From an uncultured virus (IMG/VR IMGVR_UViG_3300042691_048250) (Duplodnaviria; Heunggongvirae; Uroviricota; Caudoviricetes), in the IMG/VR virus record IMGVR_UViG_3300042691_048250: a stretch of 20,000 bases of DNA; one strand, given 5' to 3'. Positions 1 to 8,949 of the stretch are shown piece by piece. The notes under the pieces were generated by a model. The model was not told where the DNA came from. It did no database searches and saw only the letters and a list, made by a program, of their open reading frames with translations. A program made the position numbers and the translations under genes. Every line of letters starts with the position of its first letter. Position 1 is the stretch's first letter.

Positions 1-79
1 TTCATTTGAATTCGCCCGTGCCCAGGCAGCCGCTGCCAAGGCATTTGGTGAAGCAGTGAAAAAAGCCATCCAGATCTAA
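1..79 (+). CDS. 3' end of a hypothetical Ala-rich protein (partial)
   Basis: The frame from base 2 reads SFEFARAQAAAAKAFGEAVKKAIQI and stops at TAA 77-79. A dyad and a promoter follow. Confidence 0.6.
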   Translation, partial: SFEFARAQAAAAKAFGEAVKKAIQI

Positions 80-90
80 GCTCAAAAACA

Positions 91-111
91 CAGGTTAGAG
101 TCACTAACCTG
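91..111. promoter_or_regulatory. Dyad element (operator or hairpin) just upstream of a promoter
   Basis: CAGGTTAG-AGTCA-CTAACCTG has perfect 8-bp arms. Related dyads occur at 9596-9613 and 19673-19690. Confidence 0.55.
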
Positions 112-114
112 AGG

Positions 115-143
115 TTGACCAATAAACCTTGTTCTTGTATTAT
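115..143 (+). promoter_or_regulatory. Sigma70-type promoter
   Basis: TTGACC (115-120), 17-bp spacer, TATTAT (138-143). The -10 lies inside an 11-bp inverted repeat, 124-134/152-162. Confidence 0.7.
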
Positions 144-189
144 ATACACATGAACAAGGTTTTTCTTTTTTATATTTTGGAGGCATATC

Positions 190-324
190 ATGCATAAAGT
201 CATTGCCGTATTTTTGGTTGCCGCTTGCCTACAGGCCTGTGGCACAGTGAAAGGCACAGCCGGTGGTTTTTTCGAAGGTGCTGCCGAGGACATGAAGTCC
301 GTGGGCGGTTGGATCAAAAATTAA
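190..324 (+). CDS. Small entericidin (EcnA/B)-like lipoprotein, 44 aa
   Basis: Not in the ORF track. GGAGG RBS, then MHKVIAVFLVAACLQACGTVKGTAGGFFEGAAEDMKSVGGWIKN. It has an LQAC lipobox and a C-x-TV-x-G...ED pattern like entericidins. Confidence 0.75.
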   Translation: MHKVIAVFLVAACLQACGTVKGTAGGFFEGAAEDMKSVGGWIKN

Positions 325-333
325 GGAGAAACA

Positions 334-1014
334 ATGAAAAAGACAGGTATAGCAGTGGCCGTGGCCGCCGTGGTCATGCTGTCGGCATGCAGTTCAACCA
401 AACGCTCAGATGTTGGCACCGGTGCATCGATCCCACCGGGGATCCAACAACCTATTTCTGAACAACGAGCAGTCAATGACTTCAAGCGGCAAGGAGTCAA
501 GATAATATTCAGCACCTTTGGCGCGGTCGAGGGCGTGGAAGCCACAGGTTATGCACCGATCTGGGGCAACAGCCAGAATGCTGTGCGTGAAGCATATCGC
601 GTGGCCGAACTGGAAGCCAAGAAGAGCCTCAATGACTTTATCAACTCTGAGCAGATCCGCAGTAACACGTCTGTGAAAATGATCAGTAAGAATCTTGAAA
701 AAGCACGCGACAACAAAACTAACAACATCGCGACCAATAAAAATCGCGACGAAGTTAGCGCCATCACTGATGATACTGAAGTGGCCTCGGAAGATATCAA
801 TACCGAACGGAACACTGCTATACGCAATGATGCGCTGAATATCGCAAGCCGCGTTAGTACGGAGATATCAGTCAAAGCACAGGGCATACTCAGCGGTCTG
901 CGCTTGGTTGAAGGTGAAGTGATCAACGATGGCAAGAATGTGCGTGTGATCTACCGCTGGGATTTAAAAAACCAGGAAGCCCGTCAACAAATCCGTCGCA
1001 TGATGATGCAGTAG
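334..1014 (+). CDS. Lipoprotein, LPP20-like
   Basis: AAGGAG RBS; signal peptide with LSAC lipobox; 'VEATGYA...AYRVAELEAKKSLNDFI...GILSG' resembles the LPP20/FlgT N-terminal fold. Confidence 0.75.
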   Translation: MKKTGIAVAVAAVVMLSACSSTKRSDVGTGASIPPGIQQPISEQRAVNDFKRQGVKIIFSTFGAVEGVEATGYAPIWGNSQNAVREAYRVAELEAKKSLNDFINSEQIRSNTSVKMISKNLEKARDNKTNNIATNKNRDEVSAITDDTEVASEDINTERNTAIRNDALNIASRVSTEISVKAQGILSGLRLVEGEVINDGKNVRVIYRWDLKNQEARQQIRRMMMQ

Positions 1015-1015
1015 C

Positions 1016-2086
1016 ATGCGCCGGCTGATTTCTGTGGGCCTTGCGGCCCTTATGCTCACGGTTTCTATACCGGTCAAGACCGCCACGGGCCTGGAACTGT
1101 TCCTCAAAGTGCCCTGGAGCCTGGGCATCCATTTGGTGCAGTGGATGGCACGAGATCAGAAAAAGGTATTGTATGTTGAGGTCATGGCCGAAGGTGCAGA
1201 TCTCGAGACCGCTCGGCAAAGTGCCTTCCGCATGTCCGTAGAGCGTGCCGTGGGTGTGATCGTGAGTTCAGAGACCGAAGTACACAATCAGCGCATCCGG
1301 CGTGACGACATCATCACCTATGCGTCAGGTTTCGTCAGTGATTACAAATTGGTAGATCAGGCACAGCGCGGCAATCGCACCTGGGTTAAGATGCAAGTCT
1401 GGGTCAGTCATAGTGCCCTGCGTGATCGCTTGCTCAACGAGAGCCGTGGATCGGGACAAATCGAAGGTGGACGTATTTCAGAGCAGATCCAGAGTTTTCA
1501 GCACAGCCGTCAGAGTGGTGATCGGTTGCTGGAATCAGTGCTGGCAGATTACCCACAGCGAGCGTTTGACATAGCCATGAAACCCACGCAGGTAGTTGTA
1601 GACAACGACCGGCGCATGTTTTTGATCGTGCCGTTTGACATGACATGGAACGGTCACTACGTCAACAGCCTCAAAGAAGCAGTTAAAACCATAAATCAAC
1701 GCACCGACTGTGGTGGTTGGTTAAGTCTTTGCCAAAACGTGCAGGCCAAGATCCAAGTTGGTGATGTGACCAGTTATTTCGATGATCAAGTGGCTGTGTT
1801 GGCCATGCAACGGCACATGATAACCAGCCAGCCTGTGTTAGAAGCCACCTTTTATGATGCCACCGGCCGCACAGTGGGGCGTGATTGCTGGAATTTACCT
1901 GAACTCACACAGAATGATTATGCGCCCCGTCCTTTTGTGGATGTGGGCGGCGGTCAAGCCACGGTTTGGAATCGCAGAGTCAGCGCCCATTTGGCGGTAC
2001 ATCTGGACGTCCTGCCCGTGAAAAACCTGGATAGGGTGAGTATCCGGGCTGTGCGCCAGGCACAATGTCCGCAAGCACGTCGTTAG
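1016..2086 (+). CDS. Exported protein with an LPP20/FlgT-N-like domain
   Basis: 356 aa with an N-terminal signal-like stretch. 'EGADLETARQSAFRMSVERAVGVIVSSET...YASGFVSDYKLV' is typical of LPP20/FlgT-like domains. Starts 1 nt after the upstream stop. Confidence 0.7.
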   Translation: MRRLISVGLAALMLTVSIPVKTATGLELFLKVPWSLGIHLVQWMARDQKKVLYVEVMAEGADLETARQSAFRMSVERAVGVIVSSETEVHNQRIRRDDIITYASGFVSDYKLVDQAQRGNRTWVKMQVWVSHSALRDRLLNESRGSGQIEGGRISEQIQSFQHSRQSGDRLLESVLADYPQRAFDIAMKPTQVVVDNDRRMFLIVPFDMTWNGHYVNSLKEAVKTINQRTDCGGWLSLCQNVQAKIQVGDVTSYFDDQVAVLAMQRHMITSQPVLEATFYDATGRTVGRDCWNLPELTQNDYAPRPFVDVGGGQATVWNRRVSAHLAVHLDVLPVKNLDRVSIRAVRQAQCPQARR

Positions 2087-2164
2087 GTAGCATAAGTAAT
2101 TGCGGATTACCAAAGAATGTGTAATAATATACATACTTTATAGTCCGATTTTTATTTCAGCCCT

Positions 2165-2740
2165 ATGACCATAGAAAAAGATTCACAAGTCTACGATTCT
2201 AATACACAGGCCCTGAACGATCATGGGATCTATGTACTCATGGACGATATCGATCCCGAAAGCATTAAGCCCGTGATCGAGTGGATCCTGCATGAAAATC
2301 ATGTCAAAAAGAAAAAACACAAAGAACTCCTTCTCATGGTCTGCTCCAATGGGGGCAACATTTCCGAAGCATTTGCTCTGATCGATGTCATGCGCAGTAG
2401 CAAAATCCCAGTCAAGACTGTGGGCCTGGGATGTATTGCCAGTTGTGGCTTACTGATATTCTTAGCCGGCGCTCAGGGGCGCAGGGTGCTCACTCCTAAC
2501 ACTTCAGTGCTGAGCCATCAGTTCTCATGGGATGTTGGGGGCAAGGCGCATGAACTGTTTGCCACTGTGAAAGAGTTTGACTTGACCCAGAAACGCATGA
2601 TCGAGCACTATCGGCGTAGCACTGGCTTGGATGATGACACTATCCGCCGGGTCCTGTTGCCGCCACAAGACGTTTATCTTGATGCCGAAGAAGCCATGAA
2701 ATACAAGATCTGCGATGCCATCGCAGAACTGCCTGCTTAA
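2165..2740 (+). CDS. Divergent ClpP-like serine protease
   Basis: ClpP motifs: CSNGG (cf. NSPGG), IASCG (catalytic Ser), LSHQF (His), QDVYLDAEEA (Asp). Lacks the canonical N-terminal VPx[11 protein letters not shown] segment. Confidence 0.85.
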   Translation: MTIEKDSQVYDSNTQALNDHGIYVLMDDIDPESIKPVIEWILHENHVKKKKHKELLLMVCSNGGNISEAFALIDVMRSSKIPVKTVGLGCIASCGLLIFLAGAQGRRVLTPNTSVLSHQFSWDVGGKAHELFATVKEFDLTQKRMIEHYRRSTGLDDDTIRRVLLPPQDVYLDAEEAMKYKICDAIAELPA

Positions 2741-4260
2741 CGGCGACGTTTCCTACCCAGAGATTTTTCATCCGGTTCTGCTGTGTCCTTGGGCGCGGCC
2801 GTGACTTGCGTGCGTTTCTGGCTGAATTGATCAAGGTCTGCTTCGGGTCCTGCAGATGCAGTGGGCAGGCCCAACTGCTCGTCATCGGGCATGAGATCAT
2901 CAGCGGACCTGGCCGCGCCAGCAGGGCTGAGTTTGAAGTTTAGACCACCCTTGGTAGGATCCGTTCCTCCAGACTTGCTTTCCATGGTTATCACACCATC
3001 TAACTTGGCCGGCCACTGGGTGCTGAATGCCAGAGCACCACGCAGGGACTTGGCATATTGTTGGATGAAGTTATAATCCAGGATCTCTAATATGGTTTCT
3101 TGGAATTCTGGCACTCCGCCACCGTTGACCATTTCTATCACGGCTTTTTTGACCACATAGGTCAGCTTGCCTCCATCGGCTCCGCGGCTGTCAAGGTCTT
3201 GGAACAGTTTCCTATACTTGGGCATGGCCGTGCCATTTTTACGGCTGTCATTGACCAGCAAGATGATTTCTCGAGGCCAAGGCAGGAAAGGCTTGAATTT
3301 TTTGGGTACCTTTTCTGGAACTCGTTCGTTGAGCAAATTCATCATCAAGAAAACCTGGCTCACCGTCTTGGGCATGGGTATGGCTTCGTTCTGCGTCAGT
3401 TCAATGATGTCTATGGCTGTCTGGAAATTGGGATTTTTCTTAACATGGTCAGGTATCTTCAATCCAGATAGGCTGGGTGGTGCTCCTCCACCGGTGCCTT
3501 TGCTGGAGATGTTGATGGTATGACCCGTGTCAGTGTTGCGTATCTCTGCATAACTGTCGGCTAATTGATTGGCAGGATCGCTGGGGAAATTCAGCATGAG
3601 ACTTCCGATATCGCCACCAAGCCACGTGAGAAAGTCTGCTTTCTTTTTAGCACCGCCCAGCCAGTCCGTGCCATCATAGATCAATGCCAGCACTCCGAGA
3701 TATTCGCCGGCATAGTCTACTATGGCCTTTTTGATCTGTTCATTCTTGGCAAACTCGGGTGGTATCTGTGCAGTTTCCCCGGCCATGATAGATTGGGCCA
3801 TCTGTATCACTGCACGACCATAGTCCGTGCTCTGCAATACAGGATTGTTTACTATGACCGATCCCAGGTCCTTGGCAGGAATGTCTCGGTCCGTGATCTT
3901 GATCTGTGAAGGTTTCAGTTGCGCCCCTTCTTTTTTGACTTCTGCGCTGTCCTGCTCTCCGGGCTTGGCACTGGCCCCACCGAATTCTGCTGTTTTGCGG
4001 AATCTACTAAGCGGCCACTCGCGACCTTCTAAGTCGCGAGCCTTTAGTGCACCACGAAACTGATTTTGATTTTTTAATTTGATGAATCGGGCAGCTTCTC
4101 TGGGATCCAATACCACCTCAGTGCCGTCGTTGGTATAAAAAGGACGGTTATCTTTGATATGGGTGATAAAAGCATCAAACCTCTCGGGATATTTGATGAT
4201 CTGGCTGGGTTCCAGTGTGGCTTCTGCTATGGCATCTAAGGTGTCTAATAAGTCGCGCAT
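2737..4260 (-). CDS. Large hypothetical phage protein (507 aa) with a possible PD-(D/E)xK-like nuclease motif
   Basis: Long ORF. ATG 4260 is preferred because TAAATA lies 4 nt upstream. Contains 'LADSYAEI...INISSKG' and ends in a basic tail, GRKRRR. Its stop overlaps the clpP-like stop (TTAA). Confidence 0.75.
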   Translation of the reverse strand: MRDLLDTLDAIAEATLEPSQIIKYPERFDAFITHIKDNRPFYTNDGTEVVLDPREAARFIKLKNQNQFRGALKARDLEGREWPLSRFRKTAEFGGASAKPGEQDSAEVKKEGAQLKPSQIKITDRDIPAKDLGSVIVNNPVLQSTDYGRAVIQMAQSIMAGETAQIPPEFAKNEQIKKAIVDYAGEYLGVLALIYDGTDWLGGAKKKADFLTWLGGDIGSLMLNFPSDPANQLADSYAEIRNTDTGHTINISSKGTGGGAPPSLSGLKIPDHVKKNPNFQTAIDIIELTQNEAIPMPKTVSQVFLMMNLLNERVPEKVPKKFKPFLPWPREIILLVNDSRKNGTAMPKYRKLFQDLDSRGADGGKLTYVVKKAVIEMVNGGGVPEFQETILEILDYNFIQQYAKSLRGALAFSTQWPAKLDGVITMESKSGGTDPTKGGLNFKLSPAGAARSADDLMPDDEQLGLPTASAGPEADLDQFSQKRTQVTAAPKDTAEPDEKSLGRKRRR

Positions 4261-4264
4261 GGAA

Positions 4265-4270
4265 TATTTA
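4265..4270 (-). promoter_or_regulatory. Putative T4-like late promoter (TAAATA)
   Basis: The minus strand reads GCTAAATATTCC-ATG. The same hexamer precedes the other minus-strand genes (8965-8970, 10669-10674). Confidence 0.5.
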
Positions 4271-4288
4271 GCGCGATAATTACGCTGT

Positions 4289-5239
4289 ATGACAGACATT
4301 AAAATCAGTACCTGCGGTGACCACTGGTTAAATCCTCAAGAGGTCATTGAACAAATACGTGCCACACACCCAAATGAGCCCATCGTATTGAATCTTGGAT
4401 CAGAGGGTGCGAGTTTAAGGGCTTTGGGCATCGTGGATATCGTCACGCAGACCAGCAACGAACAAGGGCGCGATCTTGGGTCAGTATCGATCAAAAGTTG
4501 GCCCAATCTTGTTGAGACCGTGCCTTTCCAGCGTGCGGACAATCACAGGATAAGCCATTTTTTCTGGATGGCCGATAGGTACCGAGATACACCTATCGCA
4601 TCACCCACTGATCAGCATCTTTTCGCCTTGTTCATAGGTCGTCGTACATGGCCCCGCATGCGCATCGCTTATGATTTGCAGAGGATGCTGGGCCAACGAT
4701 TCATGCTCAGCATGATGCGAGATGGACCTTATGACAGCCCCTACGGTATCAATCTAGACAGTGAACATGTCTGGAGCAACAATAGAGATTTCAAAATCTG
4801 GTATTCATCTCCATCGGTAGACAGTATTGATGGGCACGATTTCCGCGATCAATATGATGGCGAGCAGAACACCCATGCTGATCTCTTGAGACACTATCAC
4901 AAATTCAGCATCGAAATAGTTTGCGAAGCGCATACTCGAGGTTCCTGCTTCTTCCCTACAGAAAAAACCGTAAGACCATTGGCTGCCGGCAAACCCATCA
5001 TGGTCTATGGTTCACGAGGATTCCTGGCCCGGCTGCGAGATTTGGGATTCCAGACTTGGAATGGTTTGTGGAACGAAGACTACGACGATCTTGAAGGTTT
5101 CGATCGTTGGCTTGCCATGCGCAGTCAGATCCAACTATTGGCCAACTGTATAAACACTATGCCCAAGATGGCCATAGACATAGCCGAGCACAACAGGCAA
5201 CATGCCAAGGCGTTGGCCGATCGATATCGACCTCAATGA
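4289..5239 (+). CDS. Putative glycosyltransferase-like phage protein (GT10-like TEK motif)
   Basis: 316 aa. The C-terminal 'IEIVCE...FFPTEKTVRPL...P.MVYG...LRDLGFQTW...EDYD' resembles the (Y/F)xTEK motif of GT10-type glycosyltransferases. Paralogous to the next gene. Confidence 0.55.
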   Translation: MTDIKISTCGDHWLNPQEVIEQIRATHPNEPIVLNLGSEGASLRALGIVDIVTQTSNEQGRDLGSVSIKSWPNLVETVPFQRADNHRISHFFWMADRYRDTPIASPTDQHLFALFIGRRTWPRMRIAYDLQRMLGQRFMLSMMRDGPYDSPYGINLDSEHVWSNNRDFKIWYSSPSVDSIDGHDFRDQYDGEQNTHADLLRHYHKFSIEIVCEAHTRGSCFFPTEKTVRPLAAGKPIMVYGSRGFLARLRDLGFQTWNGLWNEDYDDLEGFDRWLAMRSQIQLLANCINTMPKMAIDIAEHNRQHAKALADRYRPQ

Positions 5240-6228
5240 TAATACGCACCGTAGATCGTGGTTGGGGCCCTGAATGGCCTATCAAACAGTATGAACAACA
5301 CATACTGGATCAATATCTGCAACCAGTAAGCAATGACAGCGTGCCTACAGTAGTCATCAATAGCACCTGGTATGACGACGAAACACATCAACAAACCATG
5401 CAATGGCTACGCCAAAGTTCCGCGGAGAGACTGATCTTGGTCAGTATGATAGACAGCGCAATCGCCCGCAAAGAAAAATTCCAAGACCTCGGGCTTCCTG
5501 TGTATGAATTAGGATCTTATCCAGGATCGCATGAGATAGTTTTTTGGGCACTGGTGTTGGATCGTTGGTCGCCGAGCATAGATGACTCTGAATTGATGTG
5601 CACCGATAGATTTGCCCATGCTTTCATGTGCTTGAATAGGAAGCCGCATCGCCATAGATCAATCTTGTACAAACAATTACAGGCCAAAGGCCTTGTGTGC
5701 TCCAATTTAGTCACTATGGGAAGTGACGGTGATCGCGCCGAGAGATCATTGCCCGAAGATGTGACGCATCAAGAACTATCACCTAACAGCGCAGTGCGCA
5801 ATCATGGCATTGTCAATGACAATGTGTCATTGGGTTTGATGGCCAATTGGCAGAGCCATTTTCTCAACGTGGTCACAGAAACAGTATTTGATGTCAGCCG
5901 GCAGTGGTTTGTCAGCGAGAAGATTTTCAAGCCTATTATTGGCTTACGACCTTTCTTGGTGTATAGCATGGATGGAGCACAGGCCTGGCTCGACCATCAT
6001 GGGTTCCAATCCTATGCAGATGATTTCCGGGATATCACGGATCTCACACCCAGAGATCCCACACAGATGGCCGATTTTTTGGCAGTAGTGGATGCACAGG
6101 GCCCGGCATACTGGAAGGAAAAATATCTTGACCTACTGCCCAAAATCCTTTACAATAGACAAGTGTTCCACGACCTCGTGGCCCAGACAAAGACCAAAAT
6201 CAAACAAGGATTCTCATGCCAAACTTAG
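5236..6228 (+). CDS. Putative glycosyltransferase-like phage protein, paralogue of the upstream gene
   Basis: ATG 5236 overlaps the upstream stop (ATGA). Contains '[12 protein letters not shown]' and 'LNVVTET...[10 protein letters not shown]...PFLVY...GFQSY'. Confidence 0.55.
   Translation: MIIRTVDRGWGPEWPIKQYEQHILDQYLQPVSNDSVPTVVINSTWYDDETHQQTMQWLRQSSAERLILVSMIDSAIARKEKFQDLGLPVYELGSYPGSHEIVFWALVLDRWSPSIDDSELMCTDRFAHAFMCLNRKPHRHRSILYKQLQAKGLVCSNLVTMGSDGDRAERSLPEDVTHQELSPNSAVRNHGIVNDNVSLGLMANWQSHFLNVVTETVFDVSRQWFVSEKIFKPIIGLRPFLVYSMDGAQAWLDHHGFQSYADDFRDITDLTPRDPTQMADFLAVVDAQGPAYWKEKYLDLLPKILYNRQVFHDLVAQTKTKIKQGFSCQT
6128..6156 (+). promoter_or_regulatory. Internal sigma70-type promoter for clpP
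   Basis: TTGACC, 17 bp, TACAAT, lying inside the upstream CDS about 60 nt before the clpP ATG. Confidence 0.5.
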
Positions 6229-6806
6229 TGCCTATCGTTTTAGAAAACACCTCCAAAGGTGAGCGCAGTTATGATATCTACAGTCGCTTGCTCCGAGACA
6301 GGATCATCATGCTAGACAACGAAGTCACCCAGCATTCAGCCAGCCTGGTAGTGGCACAGATGTTGTTTCTTGAAGCCGAAGATCCTGACAAAGATATCCT
6401 GTTGTATATCAATTCTCCCGGCGGCAGTGTCACAGCCGGCATGAGCATCTACGATACCATGCAGTTCGTCAAATGCGATGTATCAACCATAGTATTAGGG
6501 CAAGCAGCCAGCATGGGCAGTTTACTGGCCGCAGCCGGTGCATCCGGCAAAAGATACATCCTGCCCAACGCCAGACACATGATACATCAGCCTCTGGGCG
6601 GCGCCTCAGGCCAAGCCACCGATGTAGAGATACAGGCCCGAGAACTGTTGCGCTGGAAAGAAGTCCTGACCAATGTTTATGTCAAGCACACTGGTCGCAC
6701 GTTTGATGTTTTGCGTGCTGACATGGAGCGCGATAACTTCATGACTGCTGAACAGTCTGTGACCTATGGCTTGGCCGACAAGGTGCTGGACCGACGTGAC
6801 GCCTAA
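6216..6806 (+). CDS. clpP: ATP-dependent Clp protease proteolytic subunit
   Basis: Canonical Clp[30 protein letters not shown] (Ser), MIHQP (His), ERDNFM (Asp). Confidence 0.97.
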   Translation: MPNLVPIVLENTSKGERSYDIYSRLLRDRIIMLDNEVTQHSASLVVAQMLFLEAEDPDKDILLYINSPGGSVTAGMSIYDTMQFVKCDVSTIVLGQAASMGSLLAAAGASGKRYILPNARHMIHQPLGGASGQATDVEIQARELLRWKEVLTNVYVKHTGRTFDVLRADMERDNFMTAEQSVTYGLADKVLDRRDA

Positions 6807-8127
6807 CGCTAAGATATTCTGCAATTCTCCTTGGTATGAACTGCAGATCTACTGGGATGGGTCTTTAGGGTTTTGTTGCCAGGAAGCCCACAAAATCTAT
6901 CCTGAGTCCGAGTCTGCCAAATACAACATTCGTAACATGTCTATCTCAGAATGGATGGATAGTGAGCCTATGAGACAGGCACGGTTGAGCATGTTTGGTA
7001 ATGAAAAAAATAGTTTTTGTACAAGATGCTACAACGAAGAAGACCACAGCGGCACCAGCAGGCGTAATCGAAGCAATCAGAAATCTGTGATATTCCAACG
7101 CAACTTCCAAGAAAGTTATGATCAAGGACCCGGACGCAACAAGTTTGAAAGTTCACGTGTGCGCCAGGGACATCATGCTGATTTGCCCGTAGATCTTCAC
7201 ATAGATCTTGGCAACTATTGCAATCTCACTTGCAAAATGTGCAATCCTCGAGCCAGCTCCAGCATCGCTGTTCAGCATGTCCGTTGGGGCATGACTGATG
7301 CACAGCAATATGTAGGTACTGATTGGACACGAGACACCGACTTATGGCAGCGCACCTTGCGAGATCTGGCCAACATACCGCGTTTGAAAAACGTACATTT
7401 CATGGGAGGCGAAACTTTGTTGACTCCTCGATTTGAAGAATTTTTAGATTTTATGATTGCGCAAAATCGACTTGATATCAATATCAGTTTCGTTACCAAT
7501 GGCACACATTTCATTGACAGGATCATGCCCAAGCTGGCTCGCTTCCGGGGCGTGAACATCGAAGTCAGCATTGAAAGTCTGACCCAACACAATGCCTATC
7601 AAAGACAGGGCACCAACACAGACCAAGTCATGATGCATGTCAAACGCTACCTGGATCTCACCAATGAACATATGAGCCTCACCGTTAGACCTGCTATCAG
7701 CGCATTGACCATAGGTACATATCACACTTTGTTAGCCTGGTGTTTGCAAAACAATGTCGTGGTAAAATCCTTGCTATGTACCCAGCCTCAACATCTTAAT
7801 GTTGTGATCTTGCCAGATGCTGTAAAAAAACACTACAGCCAAAGATATCATGATTTCTTGGCGCGGTATGACCTTGAATCTTTGCCGGTGACAACTGATT
7901 ACAATGCCAGCGATCGCAATGAAATTAAAAAAATCATCAAGAATCAGGTATTGCAGTGCCTATCTGTTCTGGCCACACCACGTCCAGAAGATGCCGACGC
8001 ATGCCTTGGACAAATGGTGTATTGGTGCCAACGCTGGGATAGGGTACATGGACTCGATGCCCGAACGTTATACCCAGAGTTGGAAGAGGTGTTTAATCTA
8101 TATCACTATGACCCGTTACCGCAGTAG
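6796..8127 (+). CDS. Radical SAM protein with an N-terminal SPASM/Twitch-like Cys cluster
   Basis: CNLTCKMC (CxxxCxxC), FMGGET and VTNG motifs. N-terminal FCNSPW...GFCC...CTRCY. Likely GTG start at 6796, overlapping the clpP end. Confidence 0.9.
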   Translation: MTPNAKIFCNSPWYELQIYWDGSLGFCCQEAHKIYPESESAKYNIRNMSISEWMDSEPMRQARLSMFGNEKNSFCTRCYNEEDHSGTSRRNRSNQKSVIFQRNFQESYDQGPGRNKFESSRVRQGHHADLPVDLHIDLGNYCNLTCKMCNPRASSSIAVQHVRWGMTDAQQYVGTDWTRDTDLWQRTLRDLANIPRLKNVHFMGGETLLTPRFEEFLDFMIAQNRLDINISFVTNGTHFIDRIMPKLARFRGVNIEVSIESLTQHNAYQRQGTNTDQVMMHVKRYLDLTNEHMSLTVRPAISALTIGTYHTLLAWCLQNNVVVKSLLCTQPQHLNVVILPDAVKKHYSQRYHDFLARYDLESLPVTTDYNASDRNEIKKIIKNQVLQCLSVLATPRPEDADACLGQMVYWCQRWDRVHGLDARTLYPELEEVFNLYHYDPLPQ

Positions 8128-8563
8128 ATTTCTTATCGATATTGAGCCTATATGGCAAACGCAACCACCCTTGGTCACGATAGTCTTGGATGATCATGTT
8201 GCTCATCATGGTATTGTGCCCCAGGCTACACAACTCATGATCGATAAAGAATTAGATTCAGGTTGGCACGATCTCGCTGTGATCCTTGGCCACAAGTCCG
8301 ACCACGATCCAGTGCAGGCCGTGAAGATTAAAAACATCAAGATAAATGATATCACCAGCGCCAAATTTGTTTGGCAAGCCCGATATCGCCCTGACTATCC
8401 TGAACCTTGGGCCAGTCAACAACGCCAGTTGGGCATGGATTTACCGGAAGAAATTGGCATGACTGATTATCTTGGCTGGAACGGACGGTGGAATCTGCGT
8501 TTTTCGGCGCCGGTGTTTACCTGGATCCATGACATAGAGTCACTGGGCTGGATCTACGACTAA
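8108..8563 (+). CDS. Hypothetical phage protein (151 aa)
   Basis: ATG 8108 overlaps the end of the radical SAM gene. Trp-rich C-terminus (DYPEPWASQQ...YLGWNGRW...PVFTWIH). Confidence 0.75.
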   Translation: MTRYRSRFLIDIEPIWQTQPPLVTIVLDDHVAHHGIVPQATQLMIDKELDSGWHDLAVILGHKSDHDPVQAVKIKNIKINDITSAKFVWQARYRPDYPEPWASQQRQLGMDLPEEIGMTDYLGWNGRWNLRFSAPVFTWIHDIESLGWIYD

Positions 8564-8685
8564 AGAATGAGTTCGCGTGTGGTATGGTAATGGAGATAAT
8601 ACCATCGCCACGAGGGACCATACCGCCAGTGGCAGTACTGGAAAACCATGTAATCTTGCGCGGCTCTTATGATGCCGCTTACCAA
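8560..8685 (-). CDS. Small aromatic-rich peptide (41 aa from TTG 8685, or 29 aa from ATG 8649)
   Basis: (LVSGIIRAAQDY)MVFQYCHWRYGPSWRWYYLHYHTTRELIL. The TTG overlaps the stop of the preceding minus-strand ORF, and its own stop overlaps the convergent gene's stop. Confidence 0.45.
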   Translation of the reverse strand: MVSGIIRAAQDYMVFQYCHWRYGPSWRWYYLHYHTTRELIL

Positions 8686-8819
8686 CTGATATCCCCGGTC
8701 TCGAGATAGCGTCGCCAGGCCTCTACCCACCAGTCACCGTAGCGTTGGCGGAACCAATCTTGTAGCAGGCTTTGATCGTAGTCCTCGGCCAGCAGTATGT
8801 TTCTCAATTCATCATCCAT
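8679..8819 (-). CDS. Small Trp-rich protein, 46 aa
   Basis: MDDELRNILLAEDYDQSLLQDWFRQRYGDWWVEAWRRYLETGDISW. Its start overlaps the stop of the upstream ORF. Confidence 0.6.
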   Translation of the reverse strand: MDDELRNILLAEDYDQSLLQDWFRQRYGDWWVEAWRRYLETGDISW

Positions 8820-8949
8820 GGGTGCGTTGCATGAGATCCTGCGCATCTTTGTAGCGTCCGCGGCGAGTCAGTTCCGCGGCTGCTCGAGCCCGCGACAAGG
8901 TATCGGCCCAGTATACCAAACAATTCCACATTTTTTTCATAGTTTTCAT
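8812..8949 (-). CDS. Small basic protein, 45 aa
   Basis: GGAGG RBS (8956-8960) with TAAATA upstream. MKTMKKMWNCLVYWADTLSRARAAAELTRRGRYKDAQDLMQRTHG. Confidence 0.7.
   Translation of the reverse strand: MKTMKKMWNCLVYWADTLSRARAAAELTRRGRYKDAQDLMQRTHG

Noticed and set aside
225..461. 78-aa ORF-track call
   Set aside because: Non-ATG start and overlaps two better genes (190-324 and 334-1014) that have RBS and lipoboxes.
4261..4299. Extended N-terminus of the 520-aa minus-strand ORF
   Set aside because: It would overlap the divergent gene at 4289. ATG 4260 directly follows the TAAATA motif.
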